Assembly: GCA_965202585.1 (NCBI GenBank)
Contig: OZ241826.1
Location: 23,498,001-23,562,000 of the forward strand
Length of the DNA: 64,000 nt
Direction: 5' to 3'
Origin: Thalia democratica
Lineage: Eukaryota
Position numbers and translations under genes: made by a program. Numbering within the stretch: position 1 is the stretch's first letter; every line of letters starts with the position of its first letter. The notes under the pieces are model-generated. The model was not told the origin of the DNA, ran no database searches, and saw only the letters and a list, made by a program, of their open reading frames with translations. Shown here in pieces: positions 21,601 through 30,130 of this stretch.

Positions 21601-23746
21601 TAATTTGACTTGAAACAAAATATTTTGTATATGTTTTGAGAAATTTGTTCAAGTAATTATAGTAAATAACAATTAAAAAAACATTTTAATTTAACACACA
21701 GGAAGTATTTGTTGGCTCTTAATTTAAGCAATTAAAAATAAATAATATTTTTCCCGGTTTATATATGATTACAACCAACTTATTAAGCTATTTTTTTTAA
21801 TGTTACATATGGCCACATTACTAAAATAAAAATATTTAACCAAACGTTATAGGAGTTTTTTTAACAAAACAGTAAAGAAATAAACTCAACATTTGGTAAA
21901 ATTTCAAGTACAAAACCTAAACATAACCTTTACTCTAAGCTTGACATACCAACCAAGTCAATACAAAAACATTTCAGCTTAAAAAATTATAACTAACAAT
22001 TGGAAAGCTTGAAAAGTTTTAATGGTTTACAAACTCAAAAAAAATTTAAACTTCATAGTTAACACAAAACTTGTTATACCATGCCAACAGATAAAACTAA
22101 GCCAGCAAACTCAATTTCAATTTGTATGACATTAAAAATTTTAACCTTTACACAACCTTGAAACTCTTCAAAAAATATTGATCAAATCAATATAAAAACC
22201 CACAAAACTTACAAGTATTTTGATGATGACTTTTTTTTATGAAGTTATGTTTAATGTAAGTAAACTTAAAATGGCTTTTAAAATGATATTGAAAACATAA
22301 AACACAATATGCAATAGTATAAGTTGAAAAACTTATAAGATTTAAGCACAGAAACAAAACTTGCAAGCATTTTGCTGACGCAGCTGTGTGAAACCCTCAA
22401 TAAGATTTTTAAACCTAATCTTTTTTTTTCTTTTTTTAAGTAAAAATTCAACGAAATATTTAATTCAATCATTTACTTAGCAAACTTAATTACAAAAAAT
22501 CCACAAACCTTGCAAGTATTTTGCTGACGCAGCCGTGCGAAACTCTCAACTGTCTGCTGATGTCGCATGGTCTCACTCCCTGGTGCGACAGCTGCACTAT
22601 CCTCTGCCTCACTGATTCCGGCAGAGGCCTCCCGTTCACGTACTGACCTCCTAGCTGGTTCACTCCGTTCCCGTGGCCTGTTTGTTATTATTTACCTTTA
22701 GAAAAATTATTTATATATAGCATTACTATTTGTTGAAGAACTGAATGAATAAGGCTTAGAAAACTGTTAGTAAATAAAATTTAGTTCGACATAAAAACTT
22801 GTTTTCTGATATTAGATAAGCATCTACACTCATCATATTAAAGTTAAACACATATAAAAAATCTCTGCAATAATCCGGGGAATTTTCTCTCAAAAAACCT
22901 ACCTTTCTGGTCATTAAAAGCGGCGCTAGCGTTTTTTCTGTTAGTCTTGGCCTTGCTCTTCCTTTGCGGGCCTCTCTTTTTATTACTAGCAGGGGTGGCT
23001 CCTCCAGTTATAAGCTCATTGCCATCTGAGGAATTAGCAGCCACCAAGGTTCCCTGGGAGGTGACCAGGTAGGTGAAAATGGTCTGGTCCTTGTACTTTT
23101 CCTGCTCCTCCTTGGGCTGGCACACCAGTTGTGGGACAATACCCCTGGCCATCATCTCTTGGGTCTTTGAGACATTTTCAGCGCTGACAAGCTGAATGGT
23201 TCCAGCTGGCTGGCCCGGTAACACCTGGACAGTTGCTGCGGCAACCCCTTGAGCTGCGGCGACGGCAGCAGCTGTGTGGAGGAGGTCGGACATCATGGAG
23301 GGGTTGACACCATGGGGGGCTGCAACGGTTGCCGTGGAAGTGGCCGACTGGGCAGTTATTTCAGGCTGGGGTTGCTGGGGAGGGCTCACCTCCTGCTGCT
23401 GCTGCTGGGTTGCCTCAATCAATTGTTGCTGCTGCTGGAAGTTAGATTGATCCTCAACAGCTGAGATTAGAGTGACCTGCTGCTCCTCCCTGGCTTTTTT
23501 CTGCATTTCCTCCAGTATTTTCATTTGCTCATTTAGCGTATGGGCTTTCTCCACTACAACCGGTGGCTGGACAATTTGCTGTTCCTCTGTGAGCTTTGAA
23601 ATCTTAGGGCTCTGGGTGTCTGTGGTGTTGTCGGTGGAGAGTCTCTTTGGAGCGGTTTGGGCGATGGAACCAGAGGACCCTGTGGCTATTCCTTTGGTTG
23701 TGGTGAGCACTGTTTCTGTGTCTGTTTTTTTGGCGGGCTCGGTCAT
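637..23746 (-). CDS. Pax2/5/8: Pax2/5/8 (PaxB-like) paired-domain transcription factor, proximal isoform; 19 coding exons, 959 aa predicted
   Basis: Spliced paired domain [126 protein letters not shown], with Q42/R44/H47 typical of the Pax2/5/8 class. Exon lengths sum to 2880 nt with consistent phases. Subfamily assigned by eye, not by phylogeny. Confidence 0.85.
937..1074 (-). CDS. Pax2/5/8: Coding exon ([12 protein letters not shown]...MAGANR)
   Basis: atttacag|CT GAG; donor gat|gtaagt; 138 nt, phase 1-1. Confidence 0.8.
1039..1345. repeat. Four degenerate tandem copies of the acceptor and 5' end of exon 937-1074
   Basis: gatggtagctg...gaattctgctgg...cagctgt recurs at about 1039, 1147, 1242 and 1308. 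This explains the + strand ORF 954..1292. Confidence 0.85.
2049..2155 (-). CDS. Pax2/5/8: Coding exon ([10 protein letters not shown]...HYQNN)
   Basis: aatcag|C AGG; donor act|gttagt; 107 nt, phase 2-1. It bridges the phases of its neighbours, but the acceptor is weak. Confidence 0.65.
3364..3476 (-). CDS. Pax2/5/8: Coding exon (ILSAAAQ...NNNVV)
   Basis: catacag|ATA; donor cag|gtaatt; 113 nt, phase 0-2. Confidence 0.88.
3472..3980. repeat. Local duplication including the acceptor of exon 3364-3476
   Basis: aatatctgtatga at 3472 and 3795, followed by shared gagygttgacrttta and agaccacaacaaaacaaa blocks. Confidence 0.7.
5340..5590. repeat. Short local duplication
   Basis: catgccaa...cacatcaaaaa...tggagggatt occurs at about 5352 and 5541. 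Confidence 0.65.
6930..7072 (-). CDS. Pax2/5/8: Coding exon ([24 protein letters not shown]...GIVE)
   Basis: taaacag|AA GCT; donor gag|gtttgt; 143 nt, phase 1-0. Confidence 0.88.
7050..7335. repeat. About 170-bp tandem duplication including the acceptor and 5' end of exon 6930-7072
   Basis: cgagttgttgttgctgtt-gc-tctgtttaaaaata at about 7050 and 7218, with matching gtga-tgtg-caa-a-gtgtggt blocks downstream. Confidence 0.8.
7824..7955 (-). CDS. Pax2/5/8: Coding exon (ALNEKQQQQ...QQNNA)
   Basis: aacag|CA CTG; donor ctg|gtatgt; 132 nt, phase 1-1. Confidence 0.88.
8551..8617 (-). CDS. Pax2/5/8: Coding exon ([22 protein letters not shown])
   Basis: ttgaag|AAG; donor ctg|gtttgt; 67 nt, phase 0-1. 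Confidence 0.8.
9072..9323 (-). CDS. Pax2/5/8: Coding exon (TRQIVVIP...KGKKGE), charged segment
   Basis: cccccag|ACA CGC; overlaps ORF 8991..9311. Phase-0 donor gag|gttggt chosen by eye, so the 3' boundary is less certain. Confidence 0.75.
9949..10076 (-). CDS. Pax2/5/8: Coding exon ([20 protein letters not shown]...NQQQQQ)
   Basis: atccag|AA CAA; donor cag|gtgacc; 128 nt, phase 1-0. Confidence 0.85.
10313..10391 (-). CDS. Pax2/5/8: Coding exon (KQASQTGG...HIQAG)
   Basis: taacag|AAA; donor gag|gtttga; 79 nt, phase 0-1. Confidence 0.85.
10560..10925. repeat. Degenerate duplicated element rich in TGACGTCA/TGACGTAA, possibly a TE remnant
   Basis: gtcaaacac...tatgacgt...aaaaacgccct and gaactttttta...ttcactcggacgc each occur twice, about 205-225 bp apart. 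Confidence 0.6.
11492..11542 (-). CDS. Pax2/5/8: Coding exon ([17 protein letters not shown])
   Basis: tttacag|AAC; donor cag|gtatgt; 51 nt, phase 0-0. Confidence 0.88.
12140..12560. repeat. About 230-bp tandem duplication
   Basis: cgtcggaaa...acagtttttgaaactttt...gctttcgtcttttaaaaaattccg...caaataacttt occurs twice. Confidence 0.75.
12934..13015. repeat. Perfect 82-bp palindrome (41-bp arms, no spacer) within a dispersed element
   Basis: agggttgatcatgccaattcgatcatcagaccacaagtttc|gaaacttgtggtctgatgatcgaattggcatgatcaaccct. Confidence 0.95.
14515..14613 (-). CDS. Pax2/5/8: Coding exon (VIQQLQQ...IQQQQQ)
   Basis: catcag|GTT; donor cag|gtatgt; 99 nt, phase 0-0. Confidence 0.88.
15200..15300 (-). 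CDS. Pax2/5/8: Coding exon (SIPQTTLQ...LQQDQ)
   Basis: tctccag|GT ATC; donor cag|gtttgt; 101 nt, phase 1-0. Confidence 0.88.
16390..20136. repeat. Tandem array, 78-bp unit (some units 84-92 bp), 46 intact copies plus 1 degenerate copy
   Basis: Unit aactaactggaactgtcaatagtgacaaaattgtggccgctgagatcttgttggaacatgtcaatttaaataattaaa. Period measured 16571 to 16649. Higher-order periods of 886 and 560 bp. Confidence 0.98.
20080..20196 (-). CDS. Pax2/5/8: Exon [10 protein letters not shown]...[18 protein letters not shown]; its 3' half is the terminal unit of the 78-bp array
   Basis: cacag|AC ACA GGA; 117 nt, phase 1-1; donor cca|gttagt. Phases fit both neighbouring exons. Confidence 0.85.
20665..20762 (-). 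CDS. Pax2/5/8: End of paired domain plus Ser-rich segment (IVRSKSSEF...SIVS)
   Basis: atacag|A ATT GTA AGG; donor g|gtaaca, phase 1. An alternative phase-1 donor a|gtcagt lies 9 nt further on. Confidence 0.85.
20959..21018 (-). CDS. Pax2/5/8: Paired-box exon 3 ([19 protein letters not shown])
   Basis: cacag|A TTG...AAC AG|gtttga; 60 nt, phase 2-2. Confidence 0.95.
21379..21516 (-). CDS. Pax2/5/8: Paired-box exon 2 (linker and RED subdomain, [10 protein letters not shown]...WEIRD)
   Basis: ttcag|A TAC TTT...GAC AG|gtgaaa; 138 nt, phase 2-2. Confidence 0.97.
22509..22677 (-). CDS. Pax2/5/8: Paired-box exon 1 (PAI subdomain)
   Basis: cag|GC CAC GGG AAC...CTT GCA AG|gtttgt; 169 nt. The R|Y intron position is conserved in Pax genes. 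Confidence 0.97.
22903..23746 (-). CDS. Pax2/5/8: Proximal isoform first coding exon (MTEPAKK...AFNDQK), Q-rich with a basic patch
   Basis: 844 nt. Acceptor caccag|23773 is followed by in-frame TAG and TAA before ATG 23746. Donor aaag|gtaggt is phase 1. Confidence 0.9.
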
Positions 23747-25415
23747 TTTGAATGTAGGTTAAAACTAAAAATGCTGGTGAAAAATATGGATTTTAATATT
23801 GATGTCCATGTTTTTAATAAAGGCCATAGTGGGGCAAACATATAATTTTTATAAAAAAAATAACATAGACAATTTTTTATCATAAGCTCTATCTAAATCC
23901 TTAAAATACTCAACATTCTACATTTTTTATAGATAAATTATTTCATTAACTTAATACTGATCTCCATTTAAAGCAAAGGTTAAGTTATATGCTTGATTGC
24001 TAAACTGCTCAAACACAGGTAATATGGCTCATTAAGCTTTGTGTCATTCATTCAACTGTTACATTTGTACATACATAAAATGTTAATACTTATGTTTTGT
24101 TTGTTTAGGATTAAACACAGCACAAAATGTCGCTTTATATCATGATATAAGAAACAAATACTAATAAGCAGTTATTTTAAAATAGCACATCAAACAAAAT
24201 TCAAAACATTTAATTTTGTATACATTTCAAATCCATAAAAAGCTTTTTGATTACCACTGTTCATCAAAAGATTTTATTCTGATCAAATGTATTTACATAC
24301 AACTATTTTTTTTGTTCATTCAAACAATGAAGGTCGGTCTTATTTCTTTATATTTACAAATGTCTTGTAATTTTTGTCTTGTATTCAAAATTGATATACA
24401 AAACTGCAGTTTTAATACTATAAGTATAACATTAAGCATTAAAAACAAGCTTTAAATATTTAAATACTCATGTATACTCTTTTTCAAAAGATTTCAATAT
24501 ACTTTAGGAAATTACTTAACTAAAGATATTGGTATAAAGGAGTTCGTTTCAATTTACAAAAGAATTTAAATTCAATTATCTATTTTAGTGGTGTATACAT
24601 AACATATGAAGACGTGTTTAAAGTTAATCCACACACCTTCATGGTTTTTAGTACAAACTTTCTTAATATTTTATGAAATTACACAACTATAAGAGTTTTG
24701 TATTTAATTGTTGTTCTTTACTTGGAAAAGTTTAAATTCTTAGCTAAATTAAATCTGCCAGTAGCTTATATCACTTGGATAAAAATGTTTTAACCCAGTT
24801 ATAGTTTTGTATTACTTTATAACTAACCCTCTAATTTATAAACTTTATGGAAAATTTATTTCAACTGTTAAATTATGACTATGAACACTCAAAAAATAAC
24901 ATTTTAATGACCATGTTAAAATAAAGTACATGAAATGGTTTAAACCCTTATTACTTTAACAACTTTAAAACCATTTATATGTTTAAAAATTTAGATAAGT
25001 TTTTTTCTTGAAAATACAGTTTAACAGAAATAATACTTTCAATAGGCATATAAACTGTTTATTAGTTGTCAATACAGAACTTCAAAGTATTTCAATATGT
25101 TGTCTATACAAGCAGTAAATAGAAAACTTGTAAATAAAATATACAAATTATTCTTAAAACTACTTAGTTTTTACTTTAAATTTTTTGTTTCTGCTAAACA
25201 TATTAAATTTATACTTTATATTTACCATCTATAGGACAATACTAATTTATTATTAATATGTTAATTTTAATTGACAAATAGTTTTTTATATTTACAACAA
25301 ATTTCTTAACTATATTAAAACAAGTAAATAGTGAATTTTCTTATGTTATAATTAAAATTAAAGTACAAATTAATATTTTTCCTGCCCTATATGTACTTAT
25401 CTAAGATGTTATAGT

Positions 25416-25791
25416 GTGGGTTGCCACAGATTTTTGAGAAATTTCTTCAAGGTTTTTGAAAGTACGTGTTTTTGTGTCTATTTTAGTTTGAAGTTAAATT
25501 TGAGGTTAAAAACTATCAAATAGTATAAAAACATTGAAAAGATACTGAAAAGTATTTTTCAATATGTTTTTTTATAAGAAAATCTAGATGATGACTGAAA
25601 TATTTTATCTATATTATAAAATTTTTGTGTCAAACCAAAACTATACTAGTCAATATTTGAAAATTATTTAAAACTCCAGGTTTTTTATTAATTTTTATTC
25701 AAAATTCCAGGTTTTTTTTTATTTTTCAACTTTAAGGTTTTCCAGGCTTTTTAGCCTAAATTGTCAAAGTCCAGGTTTTGTGGCAACCCTG
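25416..25791. mobile_element. MITE, TIR (c)agggttgccaca, 6-bp TSD tatagt
   Basis: Ends gtgggttgccaca and tgtggcaaccctg, flanked by tatagt at 25410-25415 and 25792-25797. Internal ccaggtttt repeats. Confidence 0.85.
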
Positions 25792-26225
25792 TATAGTACA
25801 ATAAATAAAATTTTCATTGATTATATACTAAAGGAGATACCCTTTCACATGTACAAGTATTGTTTTGATTTTAGTATTTATTTTTTTAATTTTTTTAAAC
25901 TTTTATTTATCATTAAAAACAGACCATGCCAATACAACTACTATCAGATTTGCCACTTTTTTAGGCAAAATAATTCTACCTAAGTTAAACCAAGCTAGCC
26001 TAAATCAGTCTGAGTTTATAATAAAATTAATTAAATATATTGTAGGCCCAAATATTAAAAAACTAATACTAAGAAAACTTGATATTGGAAAATACCTAAA
26101 CAGTAACAGAAGGACTGTATAACTAATTTTAAGTTTTAATATATTGATTTAAGACATAAAAAATACCTTGAGATTCAAAAAATATATACAAATTAGTTTT
26201 GAAATTAATAACAAAGCAAGCCTGA

Positions 26226-26538
26226 GAAGGGTTGTTATAATTTCTTCCAGGTTTTCAAATTAGAACTTTTTTGGATTATTTTAAGTTTAAAAATAAGTTT
26301 GAGGTAAAAAACTGTCTTAAACAGTAAAACAACATTGAAAAGATACTGTAAAGCTATTTTAAATGCATTTCAGCAAAAAATATCTTTGAGATAGATTTTT
26401 TGTGTTAAATCAAAATTTTATTATTTTTCATTCAAAAATTGTTTAAAATCTAGGTTCTTCCAGGTGGTTAAGTCATTTTTGTTCAAAGTTCTAGGTTTTT
26501 TCAGAATTTATCAAATTCCAGGTTTATTTTCAACCCTG
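26226..26538. mobile_element. Older copy of the same MITE family, TSD gcctga(g)
   Basis: Ends agggttg and caaccctg, internally homologous to 25416-25791 (aacattgaaaagatactg block). gcctgag on both sides. A further TIR-like gtgacaaccctg at about 26627 suggests nesting in another copy. Confidence 0.7.
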
Positions 26539-27944
26539 GCCTGAGTCATTAACAGTTTTTCAAAAAATTTTAAACTAATCTGAGTTGGTCTGAGGTTTTC
26601 AAAAATTTCAAGCCAGCCTGAGTAAGTGACAACCCTGATTTTTTTTAACCATTTATAACTATAGTGTCATTTTAACTTTTTTGTGTAATTAATCATTTTA
26701 AGTTTAATTAATATGGATACAATAAATAAGCATATAAATAAAGCTAAATCCAACAATGTTATACTATTGCTTGATATTTTTTATTCTATGCTTATGCAAC
26801 AAAATAAACTTTATATATTTATTTATAAAAATGTAATTACAGATATTTTAATGCTAACAAAGTAAAGCCCTTGACTTATTGTTCAAAATGTTTACCATCA
26901 CTACATTAATGATATGGTTCATTAAATTTTTAATTAACATAACCAGCCATCTGTGAATATATAAGACAAGAAAACTTTCAGTATAATTTATAAGAGTATC
27001 AAAATAAAAATAACACACTTAAAATAAAATTGGAAGAATCTGCTTTAGTAATCCCAGTACACTCATTAATTGATAATCAACAATTTATGTATAATTATTA
27101 ATTATAACTTTATTTAGTAAACAAAACTATATTTAAAGTATTTTTTTAGTTGGAATACTTCAATTAAATAAATTTTGGTTATGTTACAAAATTTGTATGC
27201 ATACTTCTTTTGTAGTAAAACAATTTCTACATGAATTAAAAGAACTTTTTTATACCAGATTTAGCTGCTTAATATAGACAAAAAAAATTTAACAATTTGT
27301 TTCTACTAGGTTAATTTTGATTTAAATAAAGTATACTAGTATTAAATGTTGGGAAAAAAGATTCAATATTTTTATTTTCATTCAGGACCAATTAAATCAG
27401 TCAATATTTTGTGAAAATGGGTCTAGGGATATGGGTTTAGAATGTAACATTTACCAATGATATTAAATGATAACCAAATAAAAAGACAGTAACATTTTGA
27501 ACTTGGTGTATTTTAATATTTAGTAAGAAGTAAATGACTGTAGAACCTAAAAAATATGTATAAAATTTCAAAAGCAAAATCAATAATTTTTCTTTATGAA
27601 CTATATGGTAAATCTCACATAAATTTATTGAGTTAGTTACGCATGTTTTTAATGAAAGTAAAAAAAAACTACAAGTGCAAAAATTATTTTAAGATTGAAA
27701 TAAAAGGAATAACCTTTTTAAAAAGCACAAAATTTAACTTTTATATAAATTAAGCCAGACAAAAAATGTGATTTTCATGATACCAAATAAATTCATTCTT
27801 AATTTCTTAACTTATTGTTATTAAATCAAAATCATATAGATTCCTTTCTAAATGATACTACCTGGATATAGATTTAAAATTAACTAACTTATAGACAGCT
27901 TACTTATAATTACAGACATAAGATAATTTTTTTTATGCTAAGCA

Positions 27945-28401
27945 CAGTGTTGCCACTCTTTGAGTCAAAAAATCTTCCTTGAGTGACCAGAAACTTCCCT
28001 GAGTAACCTTAAACTTCTCTGAGTTCCCCTGAGTTTTTTTCAAACCCTTAAAAACTATTTTTATTTATTAAAAATTACCATTTATATCTAAGAATATTGA
28101 AGAACTTGCCGCAAGGCTTAAAATTTTCAAATAAGCACTTAAAAATAAATAAAATAAACTTTTATGAACAAAATATTGACACTGGATTAACTAAATCTCC
28201 TTCTAGATCTAGAAAAAAAAATTCCCTGAGATTTTTTTAAAAGTCTTAAAATTTCCCTGTAATTTTTAATAAAAACCAAAACTGCCCTGATTTTTCCTGA
28301 ATTAAAAAAGAGAATCAAAATTCCCTGAGTTTCCCTGAGATTTTCTACAACTTTAAAATTTTCTGAGTTTCCCTGAATTCCCTGAGTGTGTGGCAACCCT
28401 G
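27945..28401. mobile_element. MITE, TIR cagtgttgccac / gtggcaaccctg, 6-bp TSD taagca
   Basis: taagca at 27939-27944 and 28402-28407. Many internal ttccctgag subterminal repeats. Confidence 0.88.
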
Positions 28402-28469
28402 TAAGCATTATAAACAATACTAAATCAATTATAATTTTATGTAGTAATAACTTTGTAAAAATAGCTTAC

Positions 28470-28900
28470 CTCACAGTTATCAGTTTTTCAAATATATACA
28501 ACTACAATATTTATTTACAATTGAAATAGTTAAGTTCAAAATTGTAGTTACTTATTTCCATATAATGTAATCATACAACAACAGAAAACTATTCAATTAT
28601 ATCTAATTTACAGAGCTTTATGCTTCAATGGTCTTTTTTACAATACTCTGGTTCTGTTCCTTGGGTTCTAATTTTTTGACCAAATTGTTCACTTTTCAGT
28701 AGCTTGAACCAAAATATCAAAAAGCCAGAAAAGGCTTTCTAGCTTCTTCCACTAAAAAATCACAAACTTTTTGAACTTCGAATGTAACAACAAAACTGAG
28801 CTGAACAAAAAATCAAACTTTTACTTGTAAAATAAAACTTGATATTAAAACATAATTGCTTAAATTCAGCAAACAAGCGACAATATCACCATTCTTTAAA
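28470..28900 (-). other. Candidate non-coding first (5'UTR) exon of the proximal isoform
   Basis: Strong donor gag|gtaagc at 28470/28469, next to CpG-containing islands. The exon at 23773 has an acceptor and so needs an upstream exon. The 5' boundary is a guess. Confidence 0.4.
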
Positions 28901-29779
28901 ATTTTGCACACAATAAACGCACTGTGTGCTCATTTCAAATTCAAATATTGTGTAGCGTTAAGCGATGGTAGAAGGCGCAATTACCTAATCAACCGTCTCA
29001 CTCCACTCAAGCGATTTACACTCGCTGCTGCCCGCTCATGCTGAAAAGCTGGCGGAGCAGAGAAATTTCGGCTGGAAACAAACAAGCCTGCTTTTTGTTC
29101 GAGCCAAGTTTTTTTTGTGTTCAGTGAACTGGTGGTAAATTTTGCACAATTTTTTGAGGTTTGAAGTTTTTTAATTCAAAAATACTTTAAACTGTTTTTA
29201 GTTTGTAAGTCACAACTACTGTGTTTTTATTTAAAAAAATAGTTTTTAAAGTTGTTTTCGTCTAAGCTTAAACAAAAACCGTGAAAATATTTTCCTAAAG
29301 GTTTAATAATTCAAGGTATACTTTAGTCAGGACACGTTTAACTTATAGCCTTTACAGAGAATTATCATAATATAGAATTCAGCCTTTCGTCGAGTTTAGT
29401 TGTGAAACACAATTCTCGCTTAGCAGCTGCTATTTCGAAATGAATGATTTATCAGTTTTAAAAAGAGCCGGTTTGCCACGCTTAACTAAGTTTATTAGAA
29501 CAAAACTTTTACTAATTCAATAACAAAATAATCTAAATCTTATTGTAGGTTTATTTTCATTTTTGATTTATTATTTTGATTGTGTTTAGGTATCGATTTA
29601 GCTTTTCAAAAAACTTGAACTTTTTTTTACACTTTAATTTTTTAAAGCAAGAAAAAAATAACTTAAACGAATGCTAAATATTACTAAAGCAAACAAAAAA
29701 GCAACTAATGACCAAAAACTATTAAAAAAGAACTCAAACCAAGCGCAAAGTTTAAAAAAAAAATTGTTTTCTGTAAAAA

Positions 29780-30130
29780 TTCAAGCTCGTTACACTCAGC
29801 TAAGCTTGTGGCGCCTTTTAGCAATTTATTGAAGCGATGAAAAGACGCCAAGCGTTGCACAGCGCGCGCGTTGAGAGAAAAATCGAGAAAAAGCGGAAAA
29901 AGCACACTCACGCCAAGAGCGCAAGAAAGAGAAAAAGCCAGAAGCGTCGCACACGCGTTTGGCTCGAGGCTGCGTAGGAAACCAGCCACCCGTGTGATGC
30001 TGCGATGTTGAATGCGATTTTTGTTTTCGGGTTTGCGCGATTTCGTGTCTGCGCTGTTTTTTGTGTGTTTGGTGTGAATTTTGTGTCAAATAAAAAGCTT
30101 TCAAACGCGCGATGTTTGTGATTTAAATAA
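29780..30130. promoter_or_regulatory. CpG-rich promoter-like island
   Basis: Dense CG/GCGC in an AT-rich background. Strand asymmetry switches from A-rich on the left to T/G-rich on the right. Confidence 0.5.

Noticed and set aside
23249-23845. Plus-strand ORFs over the large exon
   Set aside because: Antisense shadows of the GC-rich 844-nt coding exon.
28187-28417. 76-aa ORF with repeated QGI motifs
   Set aside because: It translates the ttccctgag subterminal repeats of a MITE.
29705-30104. Two minus-strand ORFs in the CpG island
   Set aside because: No recognisable domain and no clear splice partners; open frames are expected in GC-rich promoter DNA.
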